The notes under the pieces are model-generated. The model was not told the DNA's origin. It worked only from the letters and a program-made list of their open reading frames with translations, and made no database searches. From positions 32,001-96,000 of the IMG/VR virus record IMGVR_UViG_3300033512_000218: 64,000 nucleotides of DNA. The stretch is one strand, 5' to 3'. Below, piece after piece: positions 63,276 to 64,000 of this stretch; position 1 is the first letter of the stretch; each line of letters starts with the position of its first letter. The position numbers and the translations under genes were made by a program. Source of the DNA: a virus.

Positions 63276-63509
63276 ATGAAAACTGAAGAGAAAATTCAAA
63301 AAAATAAACAATTAAAAAAATTAAAATTGAAAAAATTAAAATTGAAAAAAGAAGATTTAATAGATTCAATTGCGGATTGTAGATATAAAGGATGGATGAG
63401 TGATGAATGTATGCATATAAATGAATTAGATATTGTCTTGGATAAAATAGCAAAACTAACCAATAAACCAAAAATTAAACCACGTATTCCTATATATACA
63501 AAAGTATAA
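63276..63509 (+). CDS. hypothetical protein
   Basis: ORF containing a duplicated KKLKL segment. Confidence 0.5.
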   Translation: MKTEEKIQKNKQLKKLKLKKLKLKKEDLIDSIADCRYKGWMSDECMHINELDIVLDKIAKLTNKPKIKPRIPIYTKV

Positions 63510-63528
63510 TGATAATAAACAATTAAAT

Positions 63529-63762
63529 ATGAAATGGATTAATATAAAAGATGAATTACCTAAAGATAATACTAATTGTATTATTTGGTACGATGAAAAA
63601 GAAGGAAATGATATTTTCGGTTACTTTATAAGGGTTATATTCTACAAGAATTATAATGGTAAAAATAATAGATTTATTTTGTCTGAAAATGCAGATGAAT
63701 ATCACACAGATTATACAGACAGTGTTACACATTGGATGATTCCAACAAATCCGAATGTATAA
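63529..63762 (+). CDS. DUF551-like protein
   Basis: MKWINIKDELP...VTHWMIP. Confidence 0.75.
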   Translation: MKWINIKDELPKDNTNCIIWYDEKEGNDIFGYFIRVIFYKNYNGKNNRFILSENADEYHTDYTDSVTHWMIPTNPNV

Positions 63763-63773
63763 ATATTAAAATT

Positions 63774-63798
63774 AAGAGTTCCAATTAGGAACTCTTTT
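63774..63798 (+). terminator. intrinsic terminator
   Basis: AAGAGTTCC-aatta-GGAACTCTTTT. Confidence 0.75.
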
Positions 63799-64000
63799 GT
63801 TTTATAAACATTTTAATAAATGTATTTATTTAAAAGTACATAATATTAATAATGAAATTAAATATACAAATAAAAACAAAAGAAGAGATAATAAAATCTA
63901 TTTACGAATATACCAATTTTGATTTTATTAATAACAATCTTTTTATAAATATTAAAGATTTATATAATAATATTAAATATGGAGATTTTGATACAAATAT

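Overview
Very AT-rich, gene-dense segment that looks like part of a large tailed (jumbo-type) phage infecting Bacteroidota. Host evidence: 14 copies of a promoter with the Bacteroidota TTTG / TAnnTTTG boxes, A-rich leaders mostly without Shine-Dalgarno, and a DUF4494-like gene. Content: a tail/baseplate adhesin locus (2.4-16 kb), a receiver protein plus histidine kinase, seven DNA methyltransferase genes (one broken), IF-1, a primase/SF2-helicase-like gene beside a palindrome-rich candidate origin, ATP-dependent DNA ligase, clamp-loader subunits, a lysozyme-like gene, a broken RNA ligase, two ADP-ribosyltransferase-like genes, NADAR, tRNA-His and many small unknown ORFs. The main discovery is three integron-like gene-cassette arrays (about 19150-24300, 25400-25880 and 41900-42950). 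Genes are separated by TAAC...GTTA hairpins resembling attC sites. The two ends of each cassette are reverse complements of each other, and hairpin mismatches are mostly G.T on the + strand. All three arrays end in the same non-hairpin attI-like site, and two are followed by what looks like the first ~20 codons of a tyrosine integrase. The largest array carries four different DNA methyltransferases. No intact integrase is present in the window. Protein family calls come from motif recognition only; no database searches were run.
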